Origin: the human T2T-CHM13v2.0 reference genome, Homo sapiens
Assembly (NCBI RefSeq): GCF_009914755.1
Contig: NC_060943.1
DNA: 64,000 bases
Direction: 5' to 3' (one strand)
In this document: positions 1 to 11,754 of the stretch, piece by piece
Position numbering within the stretch: the first letter of the stretch is position 1
Layout: every line of letters starts with the position of its first letter
The notes under the pieces: generated by a model
The model's input: only the letters and a program-made list of their open reading frames with translations
What the model was told of the DNA's origin: nothing
Databases searched by the model: none
Made by a program: the position numbers and the translations under genes

Positions 1-3000
1 ACAGTTATTTTGATTCTTCAGGTTGGAAACACTCGTTTTGTACATTCTGTGAAGAGACATTTTGGAGCCCATTGAGTCCTAAGGTGAAAAACCCAATATT
101 TCCAGATAAAAACCAGAAGGAAGCTACTATGAAACTGCTTTGTGTTCTGTGCATTCTTCTCACAGAGTTAAATTTTTCTTTTGATTCAGCAGTATGGACA
201 CACTCTTTTTGTAGAATCTACAAACTGATACAGGGGAGCACATTGAGGCCTGTAGTGAAAAAGGACATATCTTCAGAGAAAAACTAGAAAGAATCTTTCT
301 GAGAAACTGTTTTGTGATGTGTGCATTCATCTCACAGAGTTAAGCCTTTCCTTTGATTGAGCAGTTTGAAAGCATTATTTCAGTAGAATCTGTGAAGGGA
401 TATTTGGGAGCACGTTGGGGGCTATGGTGAAAAAGGAAATATACTCAGAGCAAAACGAGAAATAAGTTTTCTGAGAAACTACTTTGTCATGAGTACTTTC
501 ATCTCACAGAGTTAACACTTTCTTTTGATTGATAAGTTTGGTAACAGTGTGTTTTGTAGAATCTGAGAAGGGATATTTGGGAGGGCTTTGAGGCCTATGG
601 TAAAAATGAAATATCTTCAGATAAAAACTATGAAGAAGCTTTCTGGGTAACTGCTTTGTGATTTGTGCATTCATCTCACAGAGTTAAACATATCTTCTGA
701 TTGAGCAGTTTTGAAACACTGTTTTTGTAGAATCTGTGAAAGGATATTTAGGAGCCCTTTGATGGTGAAAAAGGAAATATCTTCAGAAAAAAACAAAAAG
801 AAGCTTTCTGAGAAACTGCTTTGTGATGAGTGCATTTATCTCACAGAATTTAACCTTTCTCTTGGTTGAGCAGTTTGGAAACACTGTTTTTATAGAATCT
901 GCAAAGAGATATTTGGGAGCTCACTGAAACCTATGGTGAAAAAGGAAATATCTACAGAAAAATACTAGAAATAAGCTTTCTCAGAAATAACTTTGGAATG
1001 TGTGCATTCTTCTCACAGAACTAAAGCTTTCTTTTTACAAAGCCATTTGGAAACACTGTTTTTGAAGAATCTGCAAAAGGATATTTGGGAGCGCTTTGAG
1101 GCCTATGGTGAAAAAGGAAATATCTCCAGATAAAAACGAGAAAGAAGCTTTCTCAGAAACTGCTTTCTGGTGTGTGCATTCTTCTCACAGACTTAAAATT
1201 TTATTTTGATTGAGCTGTGTGGACACACACTTTTTGTAGAATCTATGAAGGGATACGTGGGAGTGCTTTGAGCCCTAACATGAAAAAGGAAATATATTCA
1301 GAGAAAAACTAGAAAGAAGCTTTCTGAGAAATGGCTTTGTGATATGTGCATTCATCTCATGGAGTTAAACGTTTCTTTTGAATGAGAGGTTTGGAAATAA
1401 TGTTTTGGTAGAATCTGTGAAGGGATATTTGGGAGCGCTTTGAGGACTATGGTGAATAAGGAAATATCTTCAGAAAAAAAAAGAAGCTTTCTGAGAAACT
1501 GCTTTGTGGTGAGTGCATTCATCTCACAGAATTAAACCTTTCTATTGATCAAGCAGTTTGGAAACAATGTTTTTATAGAATCTGCAAAGGGATATTTGGG
1601 AGTGCATTGAAGTCTATGGTGAAAAAGGAAATATCCCCAGAAAAATACTAGAAAGAAGCTTTCTCTGAAATCCTTTTGTGATGTGTACATTCTTCTCACA
1701 GAATTAAACCTTTCTTTCGATTGAGCAGTTTGGAAACACTGTTCTTGTAGAAAGTTCAAAGAGATATTTGGGAGTGCATTGAGGCCTATGGTGAAAAAGG
1801 AAATATCTTCAGATTAAAAACTGGAAAGAAGACTTCTAGAAATTGCTTTGTGGAGGGTGCATTGTTCTTACAGAGTTAAACCTTCATTTTGATTGAGCAG
1901 TTGGGACACAGAGCTTTTGTAGAAACTATGAAGGGATATTTGGGAATGCACTGAGCCCTAGGGTGAAGAAGGAAATATATTCAGAGTAAAACTAGGAAGA
2001 AGCTTTCTGAGAAACTGCTTTGTGATATGTGCATTCATCTCATGGAGTTAAACATTTCTTTTGATTGAGCAGTTTGGAAACACTGTTGTGGTAGAATCTG
2101 TGAAGGGATATTTGAGAGCAACTTGTGGTGTATGGTGAAAAGGGAAATAATTTCAGATAAAAACTAGAAAGAAGCTTTCTGAGAAACTGCTTTGTGATGG
2201 GTGCATTCATTTCAGACTTAACCTTTTCTTTTGATTCAGAAGTTTGGCTACACTGTTTGTAGAATCTGAAAAGGGATACTGGGGAGTGCTTTGAGGCCAA
2301 TGGTGAAAAGCAAAATAACTAAAAGAAGCTTTCTGAGAAACTGCTTTGTGATGAGTCCATTCATATCACAGAGTTAAACATTTCTTTTGATTGAATAGTT
2401 TGGCAGCATTATTTTTGTAGAATCTGAGAAGGGATATTTGGCAACCAATTGAGGCCTATGGTGAAAAAGGAAATATATTCAGATAAATATGAGAAGGAAG
2501 CTTTCTCAGATACCACTTTGAGATGTGTGCATTCTTATGAGACAGTTAAACCTTTCCTTTGATTGAGCAATTTGGAACCACTGTTTTTATAGAATCTGTG
2601 AAGGGATATTTGGGAGTGCTTTTAGGCCTGTGGTGAAAACAGAAATATCTTCAGATAAAAACAAGAAAGAGGCTTTCTCAGAAACTGTTCTGTGATGTGT
2701 GCATTCTTCCCACAGAGTTAAACTTTTCTTTTGATTGAGAGTTTGGAACACTGTTTTTGTAGAATCTACGTAGTGATATATGGAAGCACATTGAGGCCTA
2801 CTCTGAAAAAGGAAATATCTTCAGAGAAAAACTAGAAACAGGCTTTCTGAGAAACTACTTTGTGATGTGTGCATTCATCTCACAGAGTTCAACCTTTCTT
2901 TTGATTGAGCAGTTTGGAAACACTGTATTGGTAGAATCTGCAAAGGTATATTTGGGATAGCTCTAAGGCCTACTAGGGTGAAAAAGAAAATATCTTCAGA

Positions 3001-6000
3001 TAAAAAATACAAAGAGTCTTTTTGGGAAAGTGCTTTGTGATGTGTGCATTCATCTCACTGACTTAACATTTTCTTTTCATTGAGCAGTTTGGAAACACTG
3101 TTTTTGTAGAATCTGTGAATTGATATTTGGGAGAGCATAGTGACCTGTGATGAAAAAGGAAATATCTTCAAACAAAAACTAGAAAGAAGCTTTCTGAGGA
3201 GCTGCTTTGTAATGAGTGCACTCATCTCTCAGAGTTAAACTTTTCTTTTGATTGAGCAGCTTTGCAACAGTGTCTTTGTAGAATCTGAGAAGGGATATTT
3301 GGGAGCGCTTTGAGGTGTAAGGTGAAAAATGAAATATCTTCAGCTAAAACTAGAAAGAGACTTTTGGGAGTCTGCTTTGTGATGTGTACATTCATCTCAC
3401 AGATTTAAACTTTTCTCTTCATTGAGCAGTTTGGCCATACTGTTTTGTACAATCTGAGAAGGTGTATTTGAGAGCCCCTTGAGACCTTTGGTGAAAAAAG
3501 AAATACCTTCAGATAAAAACTAGAAAGAATCTTTCCAGGAAACTGCTTTGTGATGTGGGCATTCGTCTCACAGATATAAAACTTTTTTTTGATTGAGCAG
3601 TTTTGAAACACTGTTTTTCTAGAATCTGGGAAGGGATATTTGGGAGTGCATTGTGGCCAATGGGAAAAACAGAAGAACTTCAGATAAAAACTACAGAAAA
3701 CTTTCTGAGTAACTGCTTAGTGATGAGTGCATTCAACCCACACAGTTAAACTTTTCTTTTAATACAGCAATTAAGAAACAGTGTTTTTCTAGAATCTGAG
3801 AAGCGATATTTGGGAGTGCTTTGAGGCCTATGGTGAAAAAGGAAATACCTTCAGATAAAAACTAGAAAGAAGCTTTCTGAGACACTGCTTTATGATGAGG
3901 GCATTCAACTCACACAGTTAAACCTTTTTTTTTTTTTTTTTGATTGAACAGTTTGGGAACAGCGTTTTTGTAGAATCTGAGAAGGGATATTAGGGAGCAC
4001 TTTGAGGCCAACGGTGAAAAATAAAATATCTCCAGATAAAAACTAGAAAGAAGCTTTCTGGGAAACTGCTTTGTGATGTGTGCATTCATCTCCCAGGTTT
4101 AAACATTTCTTTTGATTAAGCAGATTGGAAACACTGTCTTGGTAGTATCTGCGATGGGATATTTGGGATCACTCTAAGGCCTATCTTGAAAAAAGAAATA
4201 TATTCAGATAAAAAATAGAAAGAAGCTTTCTGAGAAACTGCTTTATTATGAGTGCATTCATCTTACACAGTTAAACCTTTCTTTAGATTCAGCATTTTGG
4301 GAACAGTGTTTTTGTAGAATCTGAGAAGGGATATATGGGAGCGCTTTGAGGTGTTTGGTGAAAAACGATATATCTTCAGATAAAACTGGAAGAAAGCTCT
4401 TAGGAATGTGATTTGTGATATCTGCATTCATCTTACAGAGTTATGCCCTTCTTTTCAGTGAGCAGTTTGGAAACACTGTTGTTGGAGAATCTGCCAAGGG
4501 ATATATGGGAGCCCATTGAGGGCTACAGTGAAAAAGGAAATATCTTCTGATAAAAAGTAGAAAGAAGCTTTCTAAGAAACAGCTTTGTGATGTGTGCATT
4601 CATCTCACAGAGTTAAACGTTTCCTTTGATTGAGCAGTTTGGAAACACTCTTTTGGTAGAATCTGAGAAGGGATATTTGGGAGCGCCTTGAGGCCTATGG
4701 TAAAAAAGGAACATCATCAGAGAAAAAGTAGAGAGAAGCTTTCTGAGAAACTCCTTTGTGATGTGTGCATACTTCTCACAGAGAAGAGTGTTTTGAAACA
4801 CTCTTTTTGTAGAATTTGAGACGGGATACTTGGGAGTGCATTGAGGCCTACGTTGAAAAAGTAAATATCTTCACATAAAAATTAGTAAGAAGCTTTCTGA
4901 GAAACCACTTCGTTATGTGTTCATTCTTCTTCCAGAGTTACAATTTTCTTTTGATTGAGCAGTGTGGAAATGCTGTATTTGTAGAATCTACAAAGGGATA
5001 TACAGGACGGCATTTAGAACTATGTGAAAAAGTAAGTATCTTCAGAGGAAAACTAGAATGAAGCCTTCTGAGAAACTGCTTTGTGCTGTGTGCAATCATC
5101 TCACAGAATTAAACCTTTCTTAGAATCGAACAGTTTGACAAGACTGTCTTTGTATAATCTGCAAAGAGATATTTGGGAGCACATTTAGGCCTATGGTGAA
5201 AAAGGAAATATCTTCAGATAAAAACTAGAAAGAAGATTCTGAGAAACCACTTTGTGATGTGTGGATTCTTCTCATAGAGTTAAACTTTCCTTTTGATAGA
5301 GCAGTTTGGAAACAGATTTTGTGGAATGTACCAATGATATATGGGAGTGCATTGAGGTCTATGGTGAAAAAGGTAATATTGTCAGAGAAAAACTAGAAGG
5401 AAGGGTTCTCAGAAACTGCTTTGTGATGTGTGCATTCAGTTCACAGAGTTAAACCTTTCTTTTGTTTAAGCCATTTTGAAACACTCTTTTTGTAGAATCT
5501 GTGAAGGGATATTTGGGAGCACATTGAGGCTTCTGGTGAAAAAGGTAATATCTAAGGATAAAAAGAAGAAAGATGCTTCCTGATGAACTGCTTTGTGATA
5601 AGTGCATTCATCTCACAGAGGTAAACCTTTCTTTTGATTGAGCAGTTGGCAACACTGCTTTTGTGGAATCTGAGAAGGGATACTGGGAGCACTTTGAGGC
5701 CTATGGTGAAAAGCAAAATATGTACAGATAATAACTAGTAAGAAGATCTTTCAGAAACTGCTTTGTGATGTGTGTATTCATCTCAGAGTTTGATCTTTCT
5801 TTTGATTGAGCAGATCTGAAACTCTTTTTGTAGAATCTGCAATGTGATATTTGGGAGCACATTGAGGCTTAAGGTGAAAAAGGAAACATCTTTACATAAA
5901 TACTGGAAAGAAGCTTTCTCAGAAATTGCTCCATGATATGTGCATTCTTATCACAGAGTTAAACCTTTCTTTTGATTAAGCAATTTGCAAACACTGTTTT

Positions 6001-9000
6001 TGTAGAATCTACAAAGGGATATTTGGGAGCACTTTGAGGCCTATGATGAAAACAGAAATATCTTCAGATAAAAATAAGAAGGAAGCTTTCCCAGGAACTG
6101 CTTTGTGATGTGTGAATTCTTCTCAGAGAGTTAAACATTTATTTTGATACAGAGTGTGGAAACACTGTTTTAGAAGAACCTACACAGGGATATATAGGAG
6201 CACATTGAGGCCTATGGTAAACGAGGAAATATCTTCTGAGAAAAACTAGAAAGAAGCTGTCTGAGAAACTGCTTTGGGACATGCGCATTCATCTAACGGA
6301 GTTAAACCTTCTTTTTGATTGAGCAGTTTGTAAACACTGTTATGGTACAATCCCCAAAGGGATATTTGGGATCACTTTAAAGCCTAGGGTGAAAAAGGAA
6401 ACATATTCAGAAAGAATATTTCCTAGAAAGAAGCTTTCTGGGTAACAGCTTTGTGATGTGTGCATTCATCTCACAGAATTAAATCTGTGTTTTGATTGAG
6501 CAGGTTAGAAACACTGTTTTTGTAGAATCTGCAAAGGGATATTTGGGAGCATATTGTGGCCTATGGTGAAAAAGGAAATGTCTTCAGATAAAAACTTGAA
6601 AGAAACTTTCTGAGAAACGGCTCTGTGATGAGTGCATTCATCTCACACAGTTAAACCTTTCTTTTGATTGAGCAGTTTGAGAACAGTGTTTTTGTAGAAT
6701 ATGAGAAGGGATATTTGGGAGTGCTTTGAGTCATAGTGTGAAAAACTATATATCTTCATGTAAAAACTAGCAAGAAGATTTCTCAGAAACCGCATAGTTT
6801 TGTGTTCATTCTTCTCATAGAGTTAAACCTTTGTTTTGATTTAGAAGTGTGGAAACACTATTTTTGTAGAATCTACGAAAGGATGTATGGGAATGCATTG
6901 AGATCTATGGTGAAAAAGTAAGTGTCTTCAGAGAAAAACTAGAATGAAGCTTTCTGAGAAAGTGCTTTGTGGTATGAGCATTCATCTCACAGAGTTAAAC
7001 CTTTTTTCTGACTGAACCATTTGAAAACACTCTTTTGGTTTCAATCTGTGAAGAGATATTTAGGAGCACATTGAGGCCTATGGTGAAGAAAGAAATATCC
7101 TCAGATAAAAACTAGAAAGAAGCTTTCTGAGAAACTGCTTTGTAATGATTGCATTCATCTCACTGAGTTAAACTTTTCTTTTGATTCAGCAGTTTGGTCT
7201 TACTATTTTGTAGAATCTGAGAAGGCATATTTGAGAGTGATTTGAGTCCTTGGGTGAAAAAGGAAATATCTTCTGATAAGAATTAGGAAGAAGCTTTCTG
7301 GGACACTGCTTTGTGATGTTTGCACTCATCTCACGTAGTTAAAACTTTCTTTTGATTGAGCAGTTTGGCAACACTGTTTTTGTAGAATCTGTGAAGTGAC
7401 ATTTGGAAGTGCTTCGAGGCCTAAGCTGAAAAGGGACATACCTTTAGAAAAAACTAGAAAGAAGCTTTTTGAGAAACTGCTTTGTGATGTGTGCATTCAT
7501 CTCACAGAGTTAAACCTTTCTTTTTATTGAGCAGTTTGGAAACAATTTGGTACAATCTGAGAAAGGATATTTGGGAGTGCATTGAGGTCTATGGTGAAAA
7601 AAGAAATATCTTCAGAGAAAAACCAGAAAGCAGCTTTCTGAGAAACTGCTTTGTGATGAGTGCATTCATCTCAGAGGGTTAAACCTTTGTTTTGATAGAG
7701 CAGTTTGGCAAAACTGTTTTTGTAGAATCAGAGAAGGGATTTTTGAGAGTGCTTTGAGGACTATGGTGAAAAAGGAAATACCTTCAGATAAAAACTGGAA
7801 AGAAGCATTCTGGGAAACTGCTTTGTGATGTGTGCATTCACCTCACAGAGTTAAAAACTTTCTTTTGATTTAGCAGATTGAATATACTGTTCTTGCAGAA
7901 TCTACAAAGGGATATTTGGGAGTGACTTGAGGCCTATGGTGGAAAAGGAAATATCTTCAGAAAAAGACTAAAAACAAGCTTTCTGAGAAACTGCTTTGTG
8001 ATGAGTACATTCATCTCACGGAATTAAACCTTTTTTTAATTGAAAGTTTGGAAATACTGTTTTGGTAGAAACTGCAAGCTATATTTGGGAACGATTTAAG
8101 TCCTAGGGAGAAGAAGGAAATATCTTCAGAAAAAACTAGAAAGAAGCTTTCTGGGAAACCTCCTTAGTGATGTGTGCATTCACCTCACAGTATTAAATTT
8201 TTCTTTTGATTGAGCAGTTTGGAAACCTTGTTTCAGTAGGATGTGCAAAGAGATATTTGGAAGGGCATTGAGGCATATGGTGAAAAAGGAAGTATCTTCT
8301 GAGAAAAACTAAAAAGAAACTTTCTGAGAAACTTCTTTCTGATGAGTGCATTTATCTCACAAAGTTAAACCTTTCTTTTGATTGAGCAGTTGAAAACACT
8401 GTTTTGGTGGAATCTGCAAATGCATATTTGAGAGTACTTTTAGGCCTAGAGTGAAAATAGAAATAACTTCAGATGAAAACTACAAAGAAACTTTCTGGGA
8501 AACTGCACTGTGATCTGTGCTATCAACACACAATTAAAGCTTTCTTTTAATTGAGCAGTTTGGAAACAATGTACTCCTAGATCTGTGAAGGGATATTTGG
8601 GAGCGCTTTGAGTCATATGGTGAAAAGGGAAATATTTTCAGAAAAAAATTGGAAAGAAGCTTTCTAAGACACTGCTTAGTGACGAGTGCATGCATCACAA
8701 AGAGATAAACATTTATTTTGATCGAGCAGTTGGAACACTGTTTTTGTGGAATCTACGAAGAGATATTTGGTGTGAATTGAGGCCTATGGTGAAAAAGGAA
8801 ACATCTTCAGATAAATACTAGAAAGAAGCTTCTCAGAAACTTTTTTTGATGAGTCCATTTTTCTCACAAAGTTAAACATTTCTTTGGATTGAGGAGTTTG
8901 TAAACACTGTTGTGGTAGAATGAGTGAAGGAATATTTGGGAGTGCATTGAGGCTTATGATAAAAAAGAAATTATCTTCAGAGAAAAACTAGAAAGAATTT

Positions 9001-10891
9001 TTCTGAGTAACTGCTTTGTGATGAGAGCATTCATCTCAAAGAATTAAACCATTCTATTGATTGAGCAATTTTTAAAAACTTTTGGTAGGATCTGCAAAGT
9101 GATATTTCAGAACACTTTGAGGCTTATGGTGAATAGGAAATATCTTCAGATAAAAGCTAGAAAGAAGCTTTTGGGGAATTGCTTTGTGATGATTTCCTTC
9201 ATCTCACAGGGTTAAACCTTTCTTTTGATTGAGCAGTTTGGCAACAGTGTTTTTGCAGTATCTGAGAAGAGACATTTGGTAGAGCTTTGACCCCTATGGT
9301 GAAAAATGAAATATCTTCAGATAAAAACTAGAAAGAAGCTTTCTGGGAAACTGCTTTGTGATATGTGCATTCATCTCCCAGAGTTAACCCTTTCTGTTGA
9401 TAGAGCAGTTTGGAAACACTGTTTATGTAGAAACTGCAAAGGAATATTTGGGAGCACATTGAGGCTTCTGGTGAAACAGGAAAAACTTTCAGATAAATAC
9501 TAGAAAGAAGATTTCTGAGAAACCGCTTTGTGATGAGTGCATTCTTCTCAAAGAGTTAAAGCTTTCTTTTGATTGAACAGTTTTGAAACACTGTTTTTGT
9601 AGAATCTGCAAAGGGATATTTTGGAGCATATGTAAGCCTATGGTGAAAAAGGAAATATCTTCAGATAAAAACAAGAAAGAAGCGTTCTAAGAAACCACTT
9701 TATGATGTTTGCACTCTTCTCACAGATTTAAACCTTTCTTTTTATTGAGCAGTTTGGAAACACTGTTTTGGTAGAATCTGTGAAGGTATATTTTGGATTG
9801 CTTTAATTCCTGGGGTGAAGAAGGAAATATCTTCAGTTTAAAACTGGAAAGAAACTTCCTGGGAAACTGCTTTGTGATGTGTACCATCATTTCAAATAAT
9901 TAAACTTTTCTTTTCATTGAGCTCTTTGGAAACAATGTTTGACAGAACCTGGGAAGGGATATTTGGAGTGCATTCAGGCATACAGTGAAAAAGGAAATAT
10001 ATTCACCTAAAAAGTTGTAAGAAGCTACCTCAGAAACTGCTTTGTGATGTTTGCACTCTTCTCACAGAGTTAAACCTCTCTTTTGATTGAGCAGTTTGGA
10101 AACACTCTTTTTGTAGAATGTGGGAGGGGAAATTTGGGATTGCTTTAATTCCTAGGGTGAAAAAGAAAATATCTTCAGATAAAAACTAGAAAGAAGCTCT
10201 CTGGGAAACTGCTTTGTGATGTGTGCATTCATTTCATAGAATTAAGCTTTTCATTCAATTGAGCAGTTTGGAAACAATGTTTGGTAGAATCTGCAAAGGG
10301 ATATTTGGGAGCACATTAAGGCCTATGGTGAAAAAGGAAATATCTTCACATAAAAACTAGTAACAAGCTTTCTCAGAAACCACTTTGTTATGCATTAATT
10401 CTTCTCACAGAGTTAAACCTCTCTTTTGATTGAGAAATCTGGAAACATTGTTTTTGTACAATTCACAAACGGATATATGGGAATGCATTGAGACCTATGG
10501 CGAAAAAGAAAATATCTTCAGAGAAAAACTAGAATGAAGCTTTCTGAGAAACTGCTTTGGGATGTGTGCATTCATCTCGTGGAGTTAAACATTTTTTCTG
10601 ATTGAACCATTTGGAAACACTGTTTCAGTAGAATCTGTGAAGGGATATTTGGGAGGTCATTGAGGTCTATGGAGAAAAAGGAAATATCTTCAGATAAAAA
10701 CTAGAAAGAATATTTCTGACAAACTGCTTTGTGATGAATACATTCATCTCACAGAGGTAACTTTTCTTTTGATTCAGCACTTTGGCCATACTATGTTTGT
10801 AGAAACTGAGAAGGTATATTTGAGAGTGCTTTGAGGCCTATGGTGAAAAAGGAAATATCTTCACATAAAAACTAGTAAGAAGTTTTCTGGA
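1..10891 (+). repeat. Divergent monomeric alpha satellite, ~172-bp monomers, layer A (first ~140 bp is the tail of layer B)
   Basis: Tandem unit TATGGTGAAAAAGGAAATATCTTCAGATAAAAACTAGAAAGAAGCTTTCTGAGAAACTGCTTTGTGATGTGTGCATTCATCTCACAGAGTTAAACC...; my hand consensus counts to 172 bp. Neighbouring monomers are highly diverged. The box position reads CTATGGTGAAAAAGGAA (A-type/pJalpha-like), not a CENP-B box. Confidence 0.98.
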
Positions 10892-11533
10892 AAGAAAAAA
10901 ACAAACAACCCCATCAAAAAATGGGCAAAAGATATGAACAGACACTTCTCAAAAGAAGACATTTATGCAGCCAAAAAACACACGAAAAAATGCTCATCAT
11001 CACTGGCCATCAGAGAAATGCAAATCTAAACCACAATGAGATACCAACTCACACCAGTTAGAATGGCAATCATTAAAAAGTCAGGAAACAACAGGTGCTG
11101 GAGAGGATGTGGAGAAATAGGAACACTTTTACACTGTTGGCACTGTAAACTAGTCCAATCATTGTGGAAGTCAGTGTGGCGATTCCTCAGGGATCTAGAA
11201 CTAGAAATACCATTTGACCCAGCCATCCCATTACTGGGTATATACCCAAAGCATTATAAATCATGCTGCTATAAAGACATATATACACGTATGTTTATAG
11301 CGGCACTATTCACAATAGCCAAGACTTGGAACCAACCCTAATGTCCCACAATGATAGACTGGATTAAGAAAATGTGGCACATATACACCATGGAATACTA
11401 TGCAGCCATAAAAAATGATGAGTTCATGTCCTTTGTAGGAACATGGATGAAACTGGAAACCATCATTCTCAGCAAACTATCGCAAGGACAAAAAACCAAA
11501 CACTGCATGTTCTCACTCATAGGTGGGAATTGA
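10892..11533 (+). pseudogene. L1 ORF2 C-terminal fragment (cysteine-rich domain), disrupted
   Basis: CWRGC...HCWHC motif region; in-frame stops split it into 101-aa and 60-aa pieces. Confidence 0.93.
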
Positions 11534-11754
11534 ACAATGAGAACATATGGTCACAGGAAGGGGAACATCACACAACGGGGACTGTTGTGGGGTGGGGGAG
11601 GGGAGGGGGACAGCATTAGGAGATATACCTAATGCTAAATGATGAGTTAATGGGTTCAGCACACCAACATGGCACATGTATACATATGTAACAAACCTGC
11701 ATGTTGGGCACGTGTACCCTAAAAATAAAGTACAATAATAATAAAATTAAAAAC
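10892..11754 (+). mobile_element. 5'-truncated LINE-1 (L1PA3/PA4-like): ORF2 C-terminus, 3' UTR and decayed poly(A)
   Basis: ORFs 11036-11341 ([25 protein letters not shown]...) and 11351-11533 (...MFSLIGGN*) are the L1 ORF2p C-terminus. G-rich 3' UTR at ~11587-11610 and an A-rich tail follow. Approximate TSD AGAAGTTTTCTGG (10878-10890) / AAAAGCTTTCTGG (11755-11767). Confidence 0.97.
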
